Positions 1 to 9,763 of a DNA stretch of 32,000 nucleotides are shown piece by piece (position 1 is the stretch's first letter; every line of letters starts with the position of its first letter). The notes under the pieces were generated by a model. It did no database searches, was not told the DNA's origin, and saw nothing but the letters and a program-made list of their open reading frames with translations. Both the position numbers and the translations under genes were made by a program. The stretch is taken from positions 1,440,001 through 1,472,000 of the forward strand of contig NC_016012.1 in the NCBI RefSeq assembly GCF_000283555.1, written 5' to 3'. This DNA is from Candidatus Arthromitus sp. SFB-rat-Yit (lineage in GTDB: Bacteria; Bacillota; Clostridia; Clostridiales; Clostridiaceae).

Positions 1-82
1 ATTCAAAATAAAAAAGTCCAACTATAAAAACCATAACAACTATTACAATCCAAGTTGTTATATTCGAAAAGCTTTTCTTCAT
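1..82 (-). CDS. ftsH: FtsH-like membrane protease, first 27 codons only (gene runs off the left edge)
   Basis: Minus-strand ATG at 82..80, 8 nt downstream of a strong RBS GGGAGGGGGG (plus 91..100). Translation MKKSFSNITTWIVIVVMVFIVGLFYFE is a short tail plus a TM helix. It lies directly downstream of tilS-hpt, as in the conserved tilS-hprT-ftsH order. Identity rests on synteny only. Confidence 0.5.
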   Translation of the reverse strand, partial: MKKSFSNITTWIVIVVMVFIVGLFYFE

Positions 83-122
83 TATTTTAACCCCCCTCCC
101 TTTAGCAAATAAATACTATAAA

Positions 123-151
123 ATTTTATCACACCAATTTTTATTAAACAA
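123..151 (-). promoter_or_regulatory. Candidate sigmaA-type promoter for ftsH
   Basis: Minus strand reads TTGTTT (146..151), a 17-nt spacer ending in TGA, then TAAAAT (123..128), giving an extended -10-like TGATAAAAT. It is about 40 nt upstream of the ftsH ATG. Confidence 0.3.
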
Positions 152-243
152 GTAACATATTTTATTATTTATAAACTTATTTTATTTTAAACTATATCTA
201 AAATCTTTAAGAATTTTAATATACAATATTACCTATTTTGAAC

Positions 244-783
244 CTATTTATACACACTCTCATCTAATACACCTATATATGGTAAATTTCTATATTTTTC
301 GGCGTAATCAAGTCCATACCCAACTACAAATTCATTTCCAACTTTAAAACCTTTATATTTAGGTTCTATTTCTACTTTTCTTCCACTTGGCTTATCAAGA
401 AGTGTCATTATCTCAACACTTCTAGCCCCCTTACTTCTTATGTAATTACAAATGTAATTTAAAGTTACTCCAGTATCTATTATATCTTCAATAATCAATA
501 TATCCTTACCTTCTACACACATATCCAAATCTTTCATTATTCTAACCTGTCCAGAACTTACGATAGAATTTCCATAAGAAGATACACCCATAAAATCAAT
601 TTCAATATATATATCTACATTCTTCATTAAATCAGCCATAAACATCAAAGATCCCTTTAATATACATACAAGAAGTAAATTTTTATTTTTATAATCTTTG
701 TTTATTTCTTCCCCTAATTCCTTAACCTTGTTTTCAATTTCTTCTTTGCTTATCAGTACATTTTTAATATCATTATTTATCAT
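244..783 (-). CDS. hpt: Hypoxanthine-guanine phosphoribosyltransferase
   Basis: 179 aa with the PRPP-binding motif [22 protein letters not shown] lies 5 nt upstream of the ATG. Overlaps the tilS stop by 11 nt. Confidence 0.9.
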   Translation of the reverse strand: MINNDIKNVLISKEEIENKVKELGEEINKDYKNKNLLLVCILKGSLMFMADLMKNVDIYIEIDFMGVSSYGNSIVSSGQVRIMKDLDMCVEGKDILIIEDIIDTGVTLNYICNYIRSKGARSVEIMTLLDKPSGRKVEIEPKYKGFKVGNEFVVGYGLDYAEKYRNLPYIGVLDESVYK

Positions 784-2230
784 AAATACCCTCCGCTACA
801 AAATCTAATTTTATTTTTAATAATTTTTTAGTACATGAGTTAACCTTATAATCATTACTGTTTCTAATCCCAACTATCCAAATAATTTTATCATCAAAAC
901 ATATTAAAGGTATACTACTTCTATTAGAAACTTTTTCATTTATAAAAAAATCCTTAAGTTTTTTATGTTTTTCCATACCAAATGGTTTAAATAAATCACC
1001 ATTTCTCCTGTTTCTAATTGATATAGCTTCTCTTAAACTCTCCATAGAAAAATACTTTTCATATTTAAGTGTTAAATCTAAAAGATGAGTTTGATTTTCT
1101 ACTACTTCAAAACTAATTTTCATGTTCTTCCCTAAAAAATTAATGGATCTTCCAATAAAATCTATTTCTCCAGATTTAAGTTTCAATATATCTTCATTAT
1201 TTATCAATTCAAAAGATACGGATTCCTCTTCTAAAATACTTTGATCTTTTCTTAAAAATTTTATAAAGTCATGATAATTTACAGCAAATAAATCTTTCTT
1301 AATTTGTATACTCTTATATGTATTTTTACTTAACAGCTCTTCTATGTACTTTATATGTTTAAAACTTATATTTTTAATATCTCCGCAAAACATAAAAATA
1401 CACTTTCTAATAATCCTATATAATATAGATTTATGAAGTGTAAATATGTATTTATCTATGGTCATATAATTTGGGTTAATACTTACATACTTATTTATAA
1501 AATCCATTACAATATTTAAAAAATAATCATTATCATAGCTAGATATTTCTTTTAAATTTAAAATGTTTTTAGATATATCTTTTGAAAAACTCTCATTTAT
1601 TTTAGGTATAAGAGAAATCCTAATTTTATTTCTCAAATAATCCTCGGATAAATTGCTCTTATCTATTACGAATTTTATATCATTATCATTTAAATATTTT
1701 TCTATATCTTCTATTCTTCTTAAGCATAATATTGGTCTTATATAAAAATCTTCTCGCTTTACTTTTATTCCCTCTATTCCATCTATTCCTGTACCATTAA
1801 AAATCCTCATAATAATAGTTTCAACATCATCATCTGCATGATGTGCTAAAGCACACTTTGTTATAATATTTTTATTTTTTAAATCATTAAATATATTATA
1901 TCTAACTTCTCTTCCTCCCATCTCCACAGATACCTTGTATTTTTTAATATAATCTAAAACATCTACTCTAAATGATTTGAATTCAATATTGTTTCTCCTG
2001 CAAAAATCAAAGGAAAACTTTTCATCTAAATACGAATCATTCCCTCTTAACATATGATTTACATGAATCCCTAAAACCTTAAATCCTAAAGACAAAGACA
2101 ATTTATTTAAAACATATGTCATAAAAATCGAATCAGCTCCACCTGATAAAGCGCATCCTACAATTTCTCCATTAGATATCAAATTATTTGATATAATAAA
2201 TTCTTTAACTTTTCTTAAAACACTATCCAT
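773..2230 (-). CDS. tilS: tRNA(Ile)-lysidine synthetase
   Basis: 485 aa with the N-terminal PP-loop ALSGGADS and a C-terminal TilS substrate-binding region (GDLFKPFGM...[11 protein letters not shown]). RBS GGAGAA. Confidence 0.9.
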   Translation of the reverse strand: MDSVLRKVKEFIISNNLISNGEIVGCALSGGADSIFMTYVLNKLSLSLGFKVLGIHVNHMLRGNDSYLDEKFSFDFCRRNNIEFKSFRVDVLDYIKKYKVSVEMGGREVRYNIFNDLKNKNIITKCALAHHADDDVETIIMRIFNGTGIDGIEGIKVKREDFYIRPILCLRRIEDIEKYLNDNDIKFVIDKSNLSEDYLRNKIRISLIPKINESFSKDISKNILNLKEISSYDNDYFLNIVMDFINKYVSINPNYMTIDKYIFTLHKSILYRIIRKCIFMFCGDIKNISFKHIKYIEELLSKNTYKSIQIKKDLFAVNYHDFIKFLRKDQSILEEESVSFELINNEDILKLKSGEIDFIGRSINFLGKNMKISFEVVENQTHLLDLTLKYEKYFSMESLREAISIRNRRNGDLFKPFGMEKHKKLKDFFINEKVSNRSSIPLICFDDKIIWIVGIRNSNDYKVNSCTKKLLKIKLDFVAEGIYDK

Positions 2231-2276
2231 AAAGATTCTCCAAACACATAATTTATTTAATTATAAGAATTTTACC

Positions 2277-2317
2277 AAAAAAAATCAAAAGCTCTTTTTA
2301 AAATCAAAAGAGCTTTT
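2277..2317 (-). terminator. Rho-independent terminator after spoIIE
   Basis: 12-bp stem AAAAGCTCTTTT (2287..2298) / AAAAGAGCTTTT (2306..2317) with a 7-nt loop. On the minus strand it is followed by GA plus T8 (plus A-run 2277..2284). Confidence 0.6.
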
Positions 2318-2326
2318 TGAACAAAT

Positions 2327-4681
2327 TTAATTTTTATATACCTTAGAAACTATAATACTAACATCATCTTGAAAAAATCCTGAATTTAATATTTTAAATT
2401 CTCTAATTATCTCTTCACAAAGTTTATCTGGAGAAAATATTTCACATCTCTTAAGAAAATTATACAACCACGCTTTATTTGATAAATCCTTAAAATGAAT
2501 AAGTCCATCTGTTAAATGAACTAAAATATCCCCACACTTAAGATCAAATTCAGAATTTAATATTCTTATATCATCATCTAAAGAATTATCATTTAAATCC
2601 CGTTCATTTCCAAGTACAAATACATCATTACCCCTCTTTATATATGTAATAATAGATGAAAATTTCAAATAATTCATTTTACCTGTATATAAATCAATTC
2701 TCGCAAAGTCTATCGTAGATATTGCCTCATCTCTGAAAAATTTAAGAGAAATTATCGATATTATCTCCTTAATACAAGAAGATAAAGACAAACTTGTTCT
2801 AACAAATTTATATATTAAATCAACCGTAAATTTACTTTTGTTATAAGCCTCAATTCCAGATCCTATACCATCACTTAATATAATTAAATAATCATCATTA
2901 ACACTTTTTGTAAATATATAACTATCTCCATTTTTATCTTTCTTAGATAATTGAATACAATGAGAAACAACATTATAATAATACTTTTCAACATACGTAA
3001 CAATTATTTCATTATTAGAATTTATATAATTAGATGATTCATCTTGATTAATCATTTCTCTATCTAACGAAATATTTATAATATCTAATAAATCATTTTT
3101 ATACTCAATAAATATATCATAAGGAAGAATTAGCTTAACTTTTAATTTTTCATTCTCTTCATAGCAAATAAGATCAAAATATTTTATATTAAACTTATTA
3201 AACTTACTTATAAGATTTTTTTCATGGTTAACTTTTATCACAATATCTTTTTTAACTTCTTTAATGCTTTGATTAATTATATTGTGAAGATTCTTAAGTT
3301 CATAAGACATCATATCTTGAGCTTCATAAATTCTTTTCTCATAAACTTCTTGTATATTATAAAAGTTCGAAATCTTATATAGCTCATTTTTAATACTATC
3401 TTTCCTTATACATATCCTCTCTATATATTCTGTCAAACTTTTATCACCTTGTATAAAGCTATTAAGACTTGAAAGCATCTCTGATCTAACTTTATTAAAA
3501 TTAGTTTTCCAACAAGTATTGACGTTTCTACATTCTCCACAAACACTTTCTGCAAGAATTTCGATATATATTTTTTTATCTAAAATTTTATATTTAAAAT
3601 TAACATTAGATACTATCATATCTGATAATTCTTTAATTACATCATTAAACTCATTTATTTTTTGTATCCTCATATCAAGAGTATTAAACAATCTCTTATT
3701 TGTATAAAACTCCTTCTTATATTCTTCATTAAAATGCATAGTTAATTTCATCAAATACTTCTTAGGAATAAAACTAAATATTAAAGAAGATATAACTATT
3801 TCAATTAAAAATAAATTGCTTTGAATATCTAGAGAAGATATATTAGATAGTTTTAATATAAGTATGCATACTATAGAAATCAAAGATAAAGTAAATCTTG
3901 ACGATAAAAACAAAAATGAAGATATCGTTGCAATTATACTATATATAGCTATGTACTCTGTAAAATTTCCATAAATAAGCCCAATTATACTTCCAGAAAA
4001 TACAGCACATATTACCCCAACTGACATTCCATTTATATATGACATCAAAAACACAAATGTTGCAAGTAATATGTTAGATAAATCAAGATTTAAAATTTTA
4101 AATCCATTAATACCACAAATAATTAAACATGTAGATATAACCAAACACATTATATCTTCTCTTTTTAATATGTAATTAGTATTGAAAGAATTTAAGCTTT
4201 TGATAAAGATATCAAAAACATAGTAAAGTACATAAATAATTACACCCTCTACAAGAACATAAAACATAGATGGGTATAGGGAAAATTCAACATAAAAATA
4301 TTTATATACAAAACTTACAATACCAATTGAAATCAATATAAACACTCTATATTTCTTTTTAACATTCAAAAATATTGATAAAAATATCAAAATTAAATTT
4401 ATTATTACATATAGATCAAAAGAATCAAGAGTTGATTTTATACTCAAATACCCAAGTATACTAAATACTCCGACAATCACAGTTAATATTTTATTGTTTC
4501 TACTCATGATATAATAAGTAAAAGCTATACCAATAGGAGCTATATAAAATAGTATATTTGTACGACTTAACAATAGTGCAATCAAACCATACACCAAAAA
4601 TTTCTTTATATCTAATAAGTCACTTACCTTTTGATAATAATTTTCTCCAGCACTCTCTAATAATTTCTCATTATAAATCAT
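2327..4681 (-). CDS. spoIIE: Stage II sporulation protein E (polytopic membrane domain plus PP2C phosphatase)
   Basis: About 10 predicted TM helices in the N-terminal 320 aa. C-terminal PP2C-like motifs are LSDGIGSGIEA, HLTDGL and QDDVSIIV. I prefer the ATG at 4681 (AAGGTG plus 5 nt) over the track's GTG at 4684, which abuts the RBS. Confidence 0.85.
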   Translation of the reverse strand: MIYNEKLLESAGENYYQKVSDLLDIKKFLVYGLIALLLSRTNILFYIAPIGIAFTYYIMSRNNKILTVIVGVFSILGYLSIKSTLDSFDLYVIINLILIFLSIFLNVKKKYRVFILISIGIVSFVYKYFYVEFSLYPSMFYVLVEGVIIYVLYYVFDIFIKSLNSFNTNYILKREDIMCLVISTCLIICGINGFKILNLDLSNILLATFVFLMSYINGMSVGVICAVFSGSIIGLIYGNFTEYIAIYSIIATISSFLFLSSRFTLSLISIVCILILKLSNISSLDIQSNLFLIEIVISSLIFSFIPKKYLMKLTMHFNEEYKKEFYTNKRLFNTLDMRIQKINEFNDVIKELSDMIVSNVNFKYKILDKKIYIEILAESVCGECRNVNTCWKTNFNKVRSEMLSSLNSFIQGDKSLTEYIERICIRKDSIKNELYKISNFYNIQEVYEKRIYEAQDMMSYELKNLHNIINQSIKEVKKDIVIKVNHEKNLISKFNKFNIKYFDLICYEENEKLKVKLILPYDIFIEYKNDLLDIINISLDREMINQDESSNYINSNNEIIVTYVEKYYYNVVSHCIQLSKKDKNGDSYIFTKSVNDDYLIILSDGIGSGIEAYNKSKFTVDLIYKFVRTSLSLSSCIKEIISIISLKFFRDEAISTIDFARIDLYTGKMNYLKFSSIITYIKRGNDVFVLGNERDLNDNSLDDDIRILNSEFDLKCGDILVHLTDGLIHFKDLSNKAWLYNFLKRCEIFSPDKLCEEIIREFKILNSGFFQDDVSIIVSKVYKN

Positions 4682-4773
4682 CACTTCACCTTTAAAACTA
4701 ATTCCAATTTTTGTAAATAATTATATCATTTATTCTTAAAAAAACATATTAATTTAATGTTAAGTAATTTTAC

Positions 4774-4806
4774 AAAAAATAAAAAAGAGCAACTATACAG
4801 TTGCTC
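4774..4806 (-). terminator. Rho-independent terminator after the tRNA cluster
   Basis: Minus strand reads GAGCAACT-GTAT-AGTTGCTC followed by TTTTTTATTTTTT. It starts 16 nt after the tRNA-Met 3' end. Confidence 0.65.
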
Positions 4807-4821
4807 TAAAATTTTCAATAT

Positions 4822-4898
4822 TGGTAGCGGAAATAGGACTTGAACCTACGACACACCGGGTATGAACCGATTGCTCTAGCCAGCTGAGCTATTCCGCC
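4822..4898 (-). tRNA. tRNA-Met (anticodon CAT), elongator type
   Basis: Minus strand GGCGGAATAGCTCAGCTGGCTAGAGCAATCGGTTCATACCCGGTGTGTCGTAGGTTCAAGTCCTATTTCCGCTACCA folds as a cloverleaf. Anticodon loop is TTCATAC, and CCA is encoded. Confidence 0.9.
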
Positions 4899-4902
4899 AA
4901 AA

Positions 4903-4978
<76 letters not shown>

Positions 4979-4983
4979 ATATA

Positions 4984-5072
4984 TGGTGCTGAAGACCGGA
5001 CTCGAACCGGTACGGTATTTTAGTACCGCAGGATTTTAAGTCCTGTGCGTCTGCCAGTTTCGCCACTTCAGC
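4984..5072 (-). tRNA. tRNA-Leu (anticodon TAA), class II with long variable arm
   Basis: Minus strand GCTGAAGTGGCGAAACTGGCAGACGCACAGGACTTAAAATCCTGCGGTACTAAAATACCGTACCGGTTCGAGTCCGGTCTTCAGCACCA. Anticodon loop is CTTAAAA, and CCA is encoded. Confidence 0.9.
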
Positions 5073-5104
5073 CTATTAATTAATTTATTATTAACTACTC
5101 TATA

Positions 5105-5133
5105 AGTATATATTATTTTAAATTATATGTCAA
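5105..5133 (-). promoter_or_regulatory. Near-consensus sigmaA promoter of the tRNA operon
   Basis: Minus strand reads TTGACA (5128..5133), a 17-nt spacer, then TATACT (5105..5110). It is about 33 nt upstream of the mature 5' end of tRNA-Leu. Confidence 0.6.
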
Positions 5134-5151
5134 TACTTTTTAATATATTTT

Positions 5152-5577
5152 TTATCCAAAATTTCTCTTATTATATCCTCTTTGCTTAGAATCTTGATTC
5201 CTTTTAAAATCTTGCATTCTTTCTTCGCTATCTTTTAAATATTTAGATAAAATATCTTCAAAATTTGATGCACTACTCTTTTGATTAGAATTAACAGATC
5301 TTTCATTATTTTTCCTATGATTATTGTTACTTATATTTTGAATATTATCTTCAGCTTGTTTTAAAGATAAACTAATTTTACCAGAATTATCTATTGATAA
5401 AACCTTTACTTTAACATCTACTTTATCTTTTAAATATTCCTTTATATCTTTTATATATTTATTCGAAACCTCTGATATATGTACAAGCCCTATTTCTCCA
5501 TTTATATCTACAAAAGCACCGAAGTTAGTTATGTTGACAACCTTTCCCTCGTATATGTTTCCTATGACTAAAGCCAT
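5152..5577 (-). CDS. yabR: S1 RNA-binding domain protein (YabR-like)
   Basis: N-terminal S1 fold (GNIYEGKVVNITNFGAFVDING..GLVHISEVS) followed by a basic, low-complexity tail. Position between divIC and the tRNAs matches Bacillus. RBS AAGGAGG. Confidence 0.8.
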   Translation of the reverse strand: MALVIGNIYEGKVVNITNFGAFVDINGEIGLVHISEVSNKYIKDIKEYLKDKVDVKVKVLSIDNSGKISLSLKQAEDNIQNISNNNHRKNNERSVNSNQKSSASNFEDILSKYLKDSEERMQDFKRNQDSKQRGYNKRNFG

Positions 5578-5612
5578 ATTAATTTTATTCCTCCTTAAAA
5601 TACTTTAATATT

Positions 5613-5897
5613 CTACTTAACTATATTAATTATAGATTTTTCTCCATCAAATACATAACCCAGTCTATCTCTAACTAAAACCTCTAAGTATTCTTTAGTA
5701 TTTGACAAATTTAATTCATCTTTTAATAATTGAATTTCCCGAGTTATATCCTCTAATTTATCTTGATATTTAATAAATTCAACTTCAACGTTATATCGAT
5801 CAAAATCATTTTTAAATAGAGTGATTAAACTATAAATTAATATGACCAAAATCACAATATTCCTGATAAAAAAAATACGTTTCCTTTGTTTAACCAA
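5613..5897 (-). CDS. divIC: Septum formation initiator (DivIC/FtsB family)
   Basis: 94 aa with one N-terminal TM helix followed by a coiled coil (EDITREIQLLKDELNLSN). TTG start sits 5 nt after GAGG. Synteny yabQ-divIC-yabR. Confidence 0.7.
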   Translation of the reverse strand: MVKQRKRIFFIRNIVILVILIYSLITLFKNDFDRYNVEVEFIKYQDKLEDITREIQLLKDELNLSNTKEYLEVLVRDRLGYVFDGEKSIINIVK

Positions 5898-5969
5898 AAT
5901 AACCTCTTTGTAAATTAAATTTTCAATACATAAATATTTTAATACAATTTAGTTTTTTTTCAATATATT

Positions 5970-6350
5970 CTAATAATTTTTTTTATTTATAATTCTTAAA
6001 ATAATATATATTAAATTTTTAAATACGTAGGCTATCATATCTAAAATAAAAAATACTAACTTACTAATTACATTATATATAAATATAGATATACATTTTA
6101 TATAAAATATACTTCCTAAAAATATATAAAAATAAGTATAAAATGATAGTATAGCATACTGAGTATTCAACAAGAACGTAAATATAAGCAATCCCATAAA
6201 TACCCAATATAATAAATCTAATATAATTTTAAAAATTTTATATTCTATGTTTTTAAATAAAATTCTATATACATCAAATCCAATTCCAAACATTATACCC
6301 GATATAAAACTATAAAATAAAATTGATATTTGCCTGTCCAATCCTATCAT
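5970..6350 (-). CDS. yabQ: Spore cortex biosynthesis protein YabQ
   Basis: 126-aa polytopic membrane protein with the YabQ-like motif SGIMFGIGFDVYR. Its start overlaps the yabP stop (ATGA). Confidence 0.7.
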   Translation of the reverse strand: MIGLDRQISILFYSFISGIMFGIGFDVYRILFKNIEYKIFKIILDLLYWVFMGLLIFTFLLNTQYAILSFYTYFYIFLGSIFYIKCISIFIYNVISKLVFFILDMIAYVFKNLIYIILRIINKKNY

Positions 6351-6661
6351 TTATTTTTACCTAATAGTTTTTTTACTAAGCTAAATTTACTCTTCTCACT
6401 TTTAACTTTCTTATCATCTAAATACCTACACTCGTTAATATTACCTGTTATGCTGATCTCTCCATTTTTTAAATCTAATTTACTAATTTTAAGATTATTT
6501 CCTATAATTTCTAATTTCTTTAAAACCGTATTTAAAGTCACTTTTTCATCATCAAAAGATAAAACTTCAAACACACCACTTATACTTATATTTCTTCTAT
6601 TCTCAAGTAATATATTGCTCTTTTTTGTTAATTCTGTAGAATTATCTTTTTTATGTTCCAT
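6347..6661 (-). CDS. yabP: Sporulation protein YabP
   Basis: YabP-like pattern LENRRNISISGV..VLSFDDEKV.L.T....LEI.G..L.I..L.L..GE.SI.G.I. The track's TTG at 6673 is actually part of the RBS (TTGGAGGTAAGT-ATG), so I start the CDS at ATG 6661. Confidence 0.8.
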   Translation of the reverse strand: MEHKKDNSTELTKKSNILLENRRNISISGVFEVLSFDDEKVTLNTVLKKLEIIGNNLKISKLDLKNGEISITGNINECRYLDDKKVKSEKSKFSLVKKLLGKNK

Positions 6662-6691
6662 ACTTACCTCCAACTAATATTCCTCATTAAA

Positions 6692-6720
6692 TTAATATGA
6701 ATATTAATTATCAAGTATTA
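6692..6720 (-). promoter_or_regulatory. Candidate sigmaE-type (mother-cell) promoter for yabP-yabQ
   Basis: Minus strand reads TAATACT (6714..6720), 14 nt, then CATATTAA (6692..6699). My recollection of the B. subtilis sigmaE consensus is ZHATAxx-14-CATACAHT. The -35 and spacing fit; the -10 matches 5 of 8 including CATA. yabP and yabQ are sigmaE-dependent in B. subtilis. Confidence 0.3.
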
Positions 6721-6730
6721 CATTAATAAG

Positions 6731-6970
6731 TTATATAATTCTATACATTTTTTCAGCCTCATCTTTTCTCACATGTTCTTTTATTTCTAAAATTTCCAAC
6801 TTAAAATTCTTATTACCAAAAATAATCTCTAAAATATCTCCAACATTAACTTTAGATGAAGGTTTCGATAATTTACCATTTATAAAAACCTTATCTGAAT
6901 CACATGCATCTTTCGCAACTGTTCTCCTCTTTATTATTCTTGTAACTTTTAAAAATTTATCTAACCTCAT
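6731..6970 (-). CDS. S4-domain RNA-binding protein (YabO/Hsp15-like)
   Basis: 79 aa starting MRLDKFLKVTRIIKRRTVAKDAC....V.ING...KPS..V..GD, an S4 fold. RBS AGGAGGAG. Synteny with yabP. Confidence 0.8.
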   Translation of the reverse strand: MRLDKFLKVTRIIKRRTVAKDACDSDKVFINGKLSKPSSKVNVGDILEIIFGNKNFKLEILEIKEHVRKDEAEKMYRII

Positions 6971-6990
6971 ATTATACTCCTCCTATAAAT

Positions 6991-7017
6991 AAAGATCCGA
7001 GAAAAACTCGGATCTTT
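6991..7017 (-). terminator. Hairpin terminator after hup, overlapping its stop codon
   Basis: Stem AAAGATCCGAG (6991..7001), loop AAAAA, stem CTCGGATCTTT (7007..7017). On the minus strand it is followed by ATTTAT, a weak T tract. Confidence 0.45.
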
Positions 7018-7291
7018 ATTTGTTAACTCTATCTTTAAATTCTTTGCCTGCTTTAAATACCGGAACCTTAGCTGCAGGAATCTTTATTGGTTCATTATTC
7101 TGAGGATTTCTGCCTTCTCTTTCAGCTCTCTCCCTAATTTCGAAAGTTCCAAAGCCTACTAATTGAACTTTATCTGCATTTTCTAACGCTTCAAAAACAC
7201 TCTTTATAAATGCATTTAGAGCAGCTTCAGCATCTTTTTTACTAAGTTCACTCTTTTGTGCTATACTAGCAACTAATTCAGCTTTATTCAA
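7016..7291 (-). CDS. hup: DNA-binding protein HU
   Basis: 91 aa: MNKAELV..IA....LSKKDAE.A.NAF......AL......VQLVGFGTFE.RERA.R.GRNPQ....I.IPA.KVP.FKAGK. TTG start sits 8 nt after AAGGAGG. Confidence 0.9.
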   Translation of the reverse strand: MNKAELVASIAQKSELSKKDAEAALNAFIKSVFEALENADKVQLVGFGTFEIRERAEREGRNPQNNEPIKIPAAKVPVFKAGKEFKDRVNK

Positions 7292-7333
7292 TCCTATATC
7301 CTCCTTAGATTTAAGTTATTAATCGATTATAGT

Positions 7334-7362
7334 ATTATAACCGATTTAAACTACTATGTAAT
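7334..7362 (-). promoter_or_regulatory. Candidate sigmaA promoter for hup
   Basis: Minus strand reads ATTACA (7357..7362), 17 nt, then TATAAT (7334..7339). It is about 40 nt upstream of the hup start. Confidence 0.3.
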
Positions 7363-7449
7363 ACTAAATTTATTTTTCTGTGTTAATGTTATCATAACTA
7401 AAAATATTATTCAACAATATTATTTTACCATTTCAAAGCTATAAAAAAC

Positions 7450-8985
7450 CTACTTAATAGATGTAAATATAGTATTTAACTCCTTCATTTTAAACAAAAA
7501 AAGACTTAAGATATATACAACAAATCCAATCACAGAACATATCAAAATACTAAATAGCGTATTACCAAACATATCATAAAAATAATTAAACAATAATAAT
7601 GCAATTACTATCATTAAAAGAGAAGAAAGTAGCGGTGTTATTATTATGTCCAAAATATTCAAATTTATATTTAATTTTTTCTTAATTACGCTAAAATTCA
7701 AATAACTCGTTAAAATATATGAAAATAACGTAGCTAAAACTGCTCCATATATGTTGAATTCAGAATTTCCAGTTAAAACTAAAGTCACTATAATTTTGAT
7801 AACACATCCTATAAAAAGATTAATAACTGGTCTTATATAATTACTTGTACTTTGAAGTATAGATATAGACACCTGAGAAAAAATTATAAAAGGTATTCCA
7901 ACTGATGCATATCTAAGTATATTATATCCATCTGTGTTATTTGGAAATATTACATTCATTATAGGGGCTGATAAAAAATACATTGATATAAAACAAGGAA
8001 AAGCTATATAACTTGATAATTTAAAACACATAACAACCTTATCCTTAAATTCATCCATCTTATTTAAAACAAAAATCCTGGATAATGTTGGTATCATAGA
8101 TGTTCCTAAAGCAACCGCAAGTGCAAGAGGAACATTTATAAGAACAGAAACTTTACCTGTTAATTGTCCATATAATATAGTCGCCTCTTTATTAGTATAT
8201 CCAGCATTTAACAGCATTTGAGGTACTAAAATCGAATCTATTAAAACCATTATTGTAGACACTGTAGCTCCAAGAGATAATGGTATTGCCATCTTTAATA
8301 TTTTACCAACATATTTCTTACCACTTATCTTTTTTCTGTTTATACCTTTAAAATACTTTCCACTAAATTTTAAATATGTAATAAGAACAAATATCGTCGC
8401 AACAAATCCCCCTATAACAGCACCAAAAGATGCTCCTCCAGCTGCATAATGAATCCCTTTATCTAAAAGAAAATATGCAAAAGTTACTCCAACTAAAACC
8501 CTTATAACCTGTTCAATTATTTGAGAAATTCCAGTAGGAACCATATTTTCCATTCCTTGAAAAACTCCACGAAAAACCCCTAAAAGACAAACACTAATAG
8601 GTGCTATAGATATTCCAATAAAGCAAAGATAAACTTTACTATCCCATTTAAGTAAATTTATTATATAATCTGAAAACAATAATAATATAACACTTGTACC
8701 AAATCCTAAAAATATCATAATACTAAAAGATGCCTTTATTATACTTACTATAGACTCCTTATCTCCATATGCGGATCTTTCAGATACAAACTTTGAAACT
8801 GCAATAGGCATACCTGATACAATACCAATAAAAAACATATATAAAGGATAGGTCATTTGATAATAACCAATTCCTTCATCACCTATAAGCATAACAAGAG
8901 GCCATCTGAAAAATATACCTAAAAATTTCGCAATTATGCTGCTTATACTAAGTATAAGTGCTCCTTTTACTATCTTATTTTTCAT
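7450..8985 (-). CDS. MOP-superfamily flippase, SpoVB/YabM-like (stage V sporulation protein B family)
   Basis: About 14 TM helices. The N-terminus MKNKIVKGALILSISSIIAKFLG is typical of SpoVB/MurJ-like proteins. Position next to spoVT matches yabM. I start at ATG 8985 (GGGGGA RBS), not the track's GTG at 9000. Confidence 0.75.
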   Translation of the reverse strand: MKNKIVKGALILSISSIIAKFLGIFFRWPLVMLIGDEGIGYYQMTYPLYMFFIGIVSGMPIAVSKFVSERSAYGDKESIVSIIKASFSIMIFLGFGTSVILLLFSDYIINLLKWDSKVYLCFIGISIAPISVCLLGVFRGVFQGMENMVPTGISQIIEQVIRVLVGVTFAYFLLDKGIHYAAGGASFGAVIGGFVATIFVLITYLKFSGKYFKGINRKKISGKKYVGKILKMAIPLSLGATVSTIMVLIDSILVPQMLLNAGYTNKEATILYGQLTGKVSVLINVPLALAVALGTSMIPTLSRIFVLNKMDEFKDKVVMCFKLSSYIAFPCFISMYFLSAPIMNVIFPNNTDGYNILRYASVGIPFIIFSQVSISILQSTSNYIRPVINLFIGCVIKIIVTLVLTGNSEFNIYGAVLATLFSYILTSYLNFSVIKKKLNINLNILDIIITPLLSSLLMIVIALLLFNYFYDMFGNTLFSILICSVIGFVVYILSLFLFKMKELNTIFTSIK

Positions 8986-9053
8986 AAATCCCCCAATCAC
9001 TAAACAATTATATACTCAATTATTATTTAATAATATATAAAATATTACTAAAC

Positions 9054-9086
9054 AAAAAAAATAAAAAAGCTATGAAATCATAGCTT
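9054..9086 (-). terminator. Rho-independent terminator after spoVT
   Basis: 8-bp stem AAGCTATG / CATAGCTT (9067..9086) with a 4-nt loop. On the minus strand it is followed by TTTTTTATTTTTTTT. Confidence 0.65.
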
Positions 9087-9101
9087 CTCAATATGTAATA
9101 T

Positions 9102-9650
9102 TTACTCCATTTGTTTCCCTAAAAATGATGCAGCTGTTTCAGCAAGTTTTTGTTCAACTATCCCAAGCTTATCTTCACCCTCTTTTGATAATATTATTAC
9201 AGATCCTATAGTATCACCCTCCGCAATAATTGGTGATATTATTTGAGAAGAATATTTATTCTCTAAATTTTCATCACCACATAATGGCAAAAATTCTTCT
9301 GGGTTTGTTATGCATAACGTTTTTCTATTTTCTAAAACCTTCTCAAGCTCTGGGCTTATCTTCTTATCTAAATATTCCTTTTTGGATATTCCACAAACTG
9401 AAATAAACGCATCTTTATCAGATATTAATACTATATTCCCTATAGCTTGTTGAAGTGATTCTGCATACTCTTTAGAAAAATCACTCAATTCCTCTATTGG
9501 AGAATATTTCTTAAGTATAACTCCACCATCTCTATCTGTAAATATCTCAAGTGGGTCTCCTTCTCTTATTCTCAATGTTTTTCTTATTTCTTTAGGTATT
9601 ACAACTCTACCCAAATCATCTATTCTTCTAACAATTCCTGTTGCTTTCAT
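9102..9650 (-). CDS. spoVT: Stage V sporulation protein T (AbrB-family regulator with GAF-like C-domain)
   Basis: N-terminus MKATGIVRRIDDLGRVVIPKEIRKTLRIREGDPLEIFTDRDGGVILKKYSP is the near-invariant SpoVT/AbrB swapped-hairpin domain. 182 aa. Confidence 0.9.
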   Translation of the reverse strand: MKATGIVRRIDDLGRVVIPKEIRKTLRIREGDPLEIFTDRDGGVILKKYSPIEELSDFSKEYAESLQQAIGNIVLISDKDAFISVCGISKKEYLDKKISPELEKVLENRKTLCITNPEEFLPLCGDENLENKYSSQIISPIIAEGDTIGSVIILSKEGEDKLGIVEQKLAETAASFLGKQME

Positions 9651-9732
9651 TAATTCTTTTCCTCCTCAATTCAAACATAACTTACTTGACATACTTATTA
9701 TTTATCATTTTTGTTATTTTATACATAACATA

Positions 9733-9763
9733 GAAAAAAAGAGTAGTAATACTACTCTTTTTT
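9733..9763 (-). terminator. Hairpin terminator after the prsA paralog, overlapping its stop codon
   Basis: Stem GAGTAGT (9741..9747), loop AAT, stem ACTACTC (9751..9757), flanked by A6 and T6 that extend the stem. A T-run follows on the minus strand. Confidence 0.5.

Noticed and set aside
6662-6673. TTG start of yabP at 6673, with similar upstream GTG starts for spoIIE (4684) and the SpoVB-like gene (9000)
   Set aside because: The upstream codons are themselves the Shine-Dalgarno sequences (TTGGAGGTAAGT-ATG, AAAGGTGAAGTG-ATG, TGGGGGATTT-ATG). The downstream ATGs are the better-supported starts.
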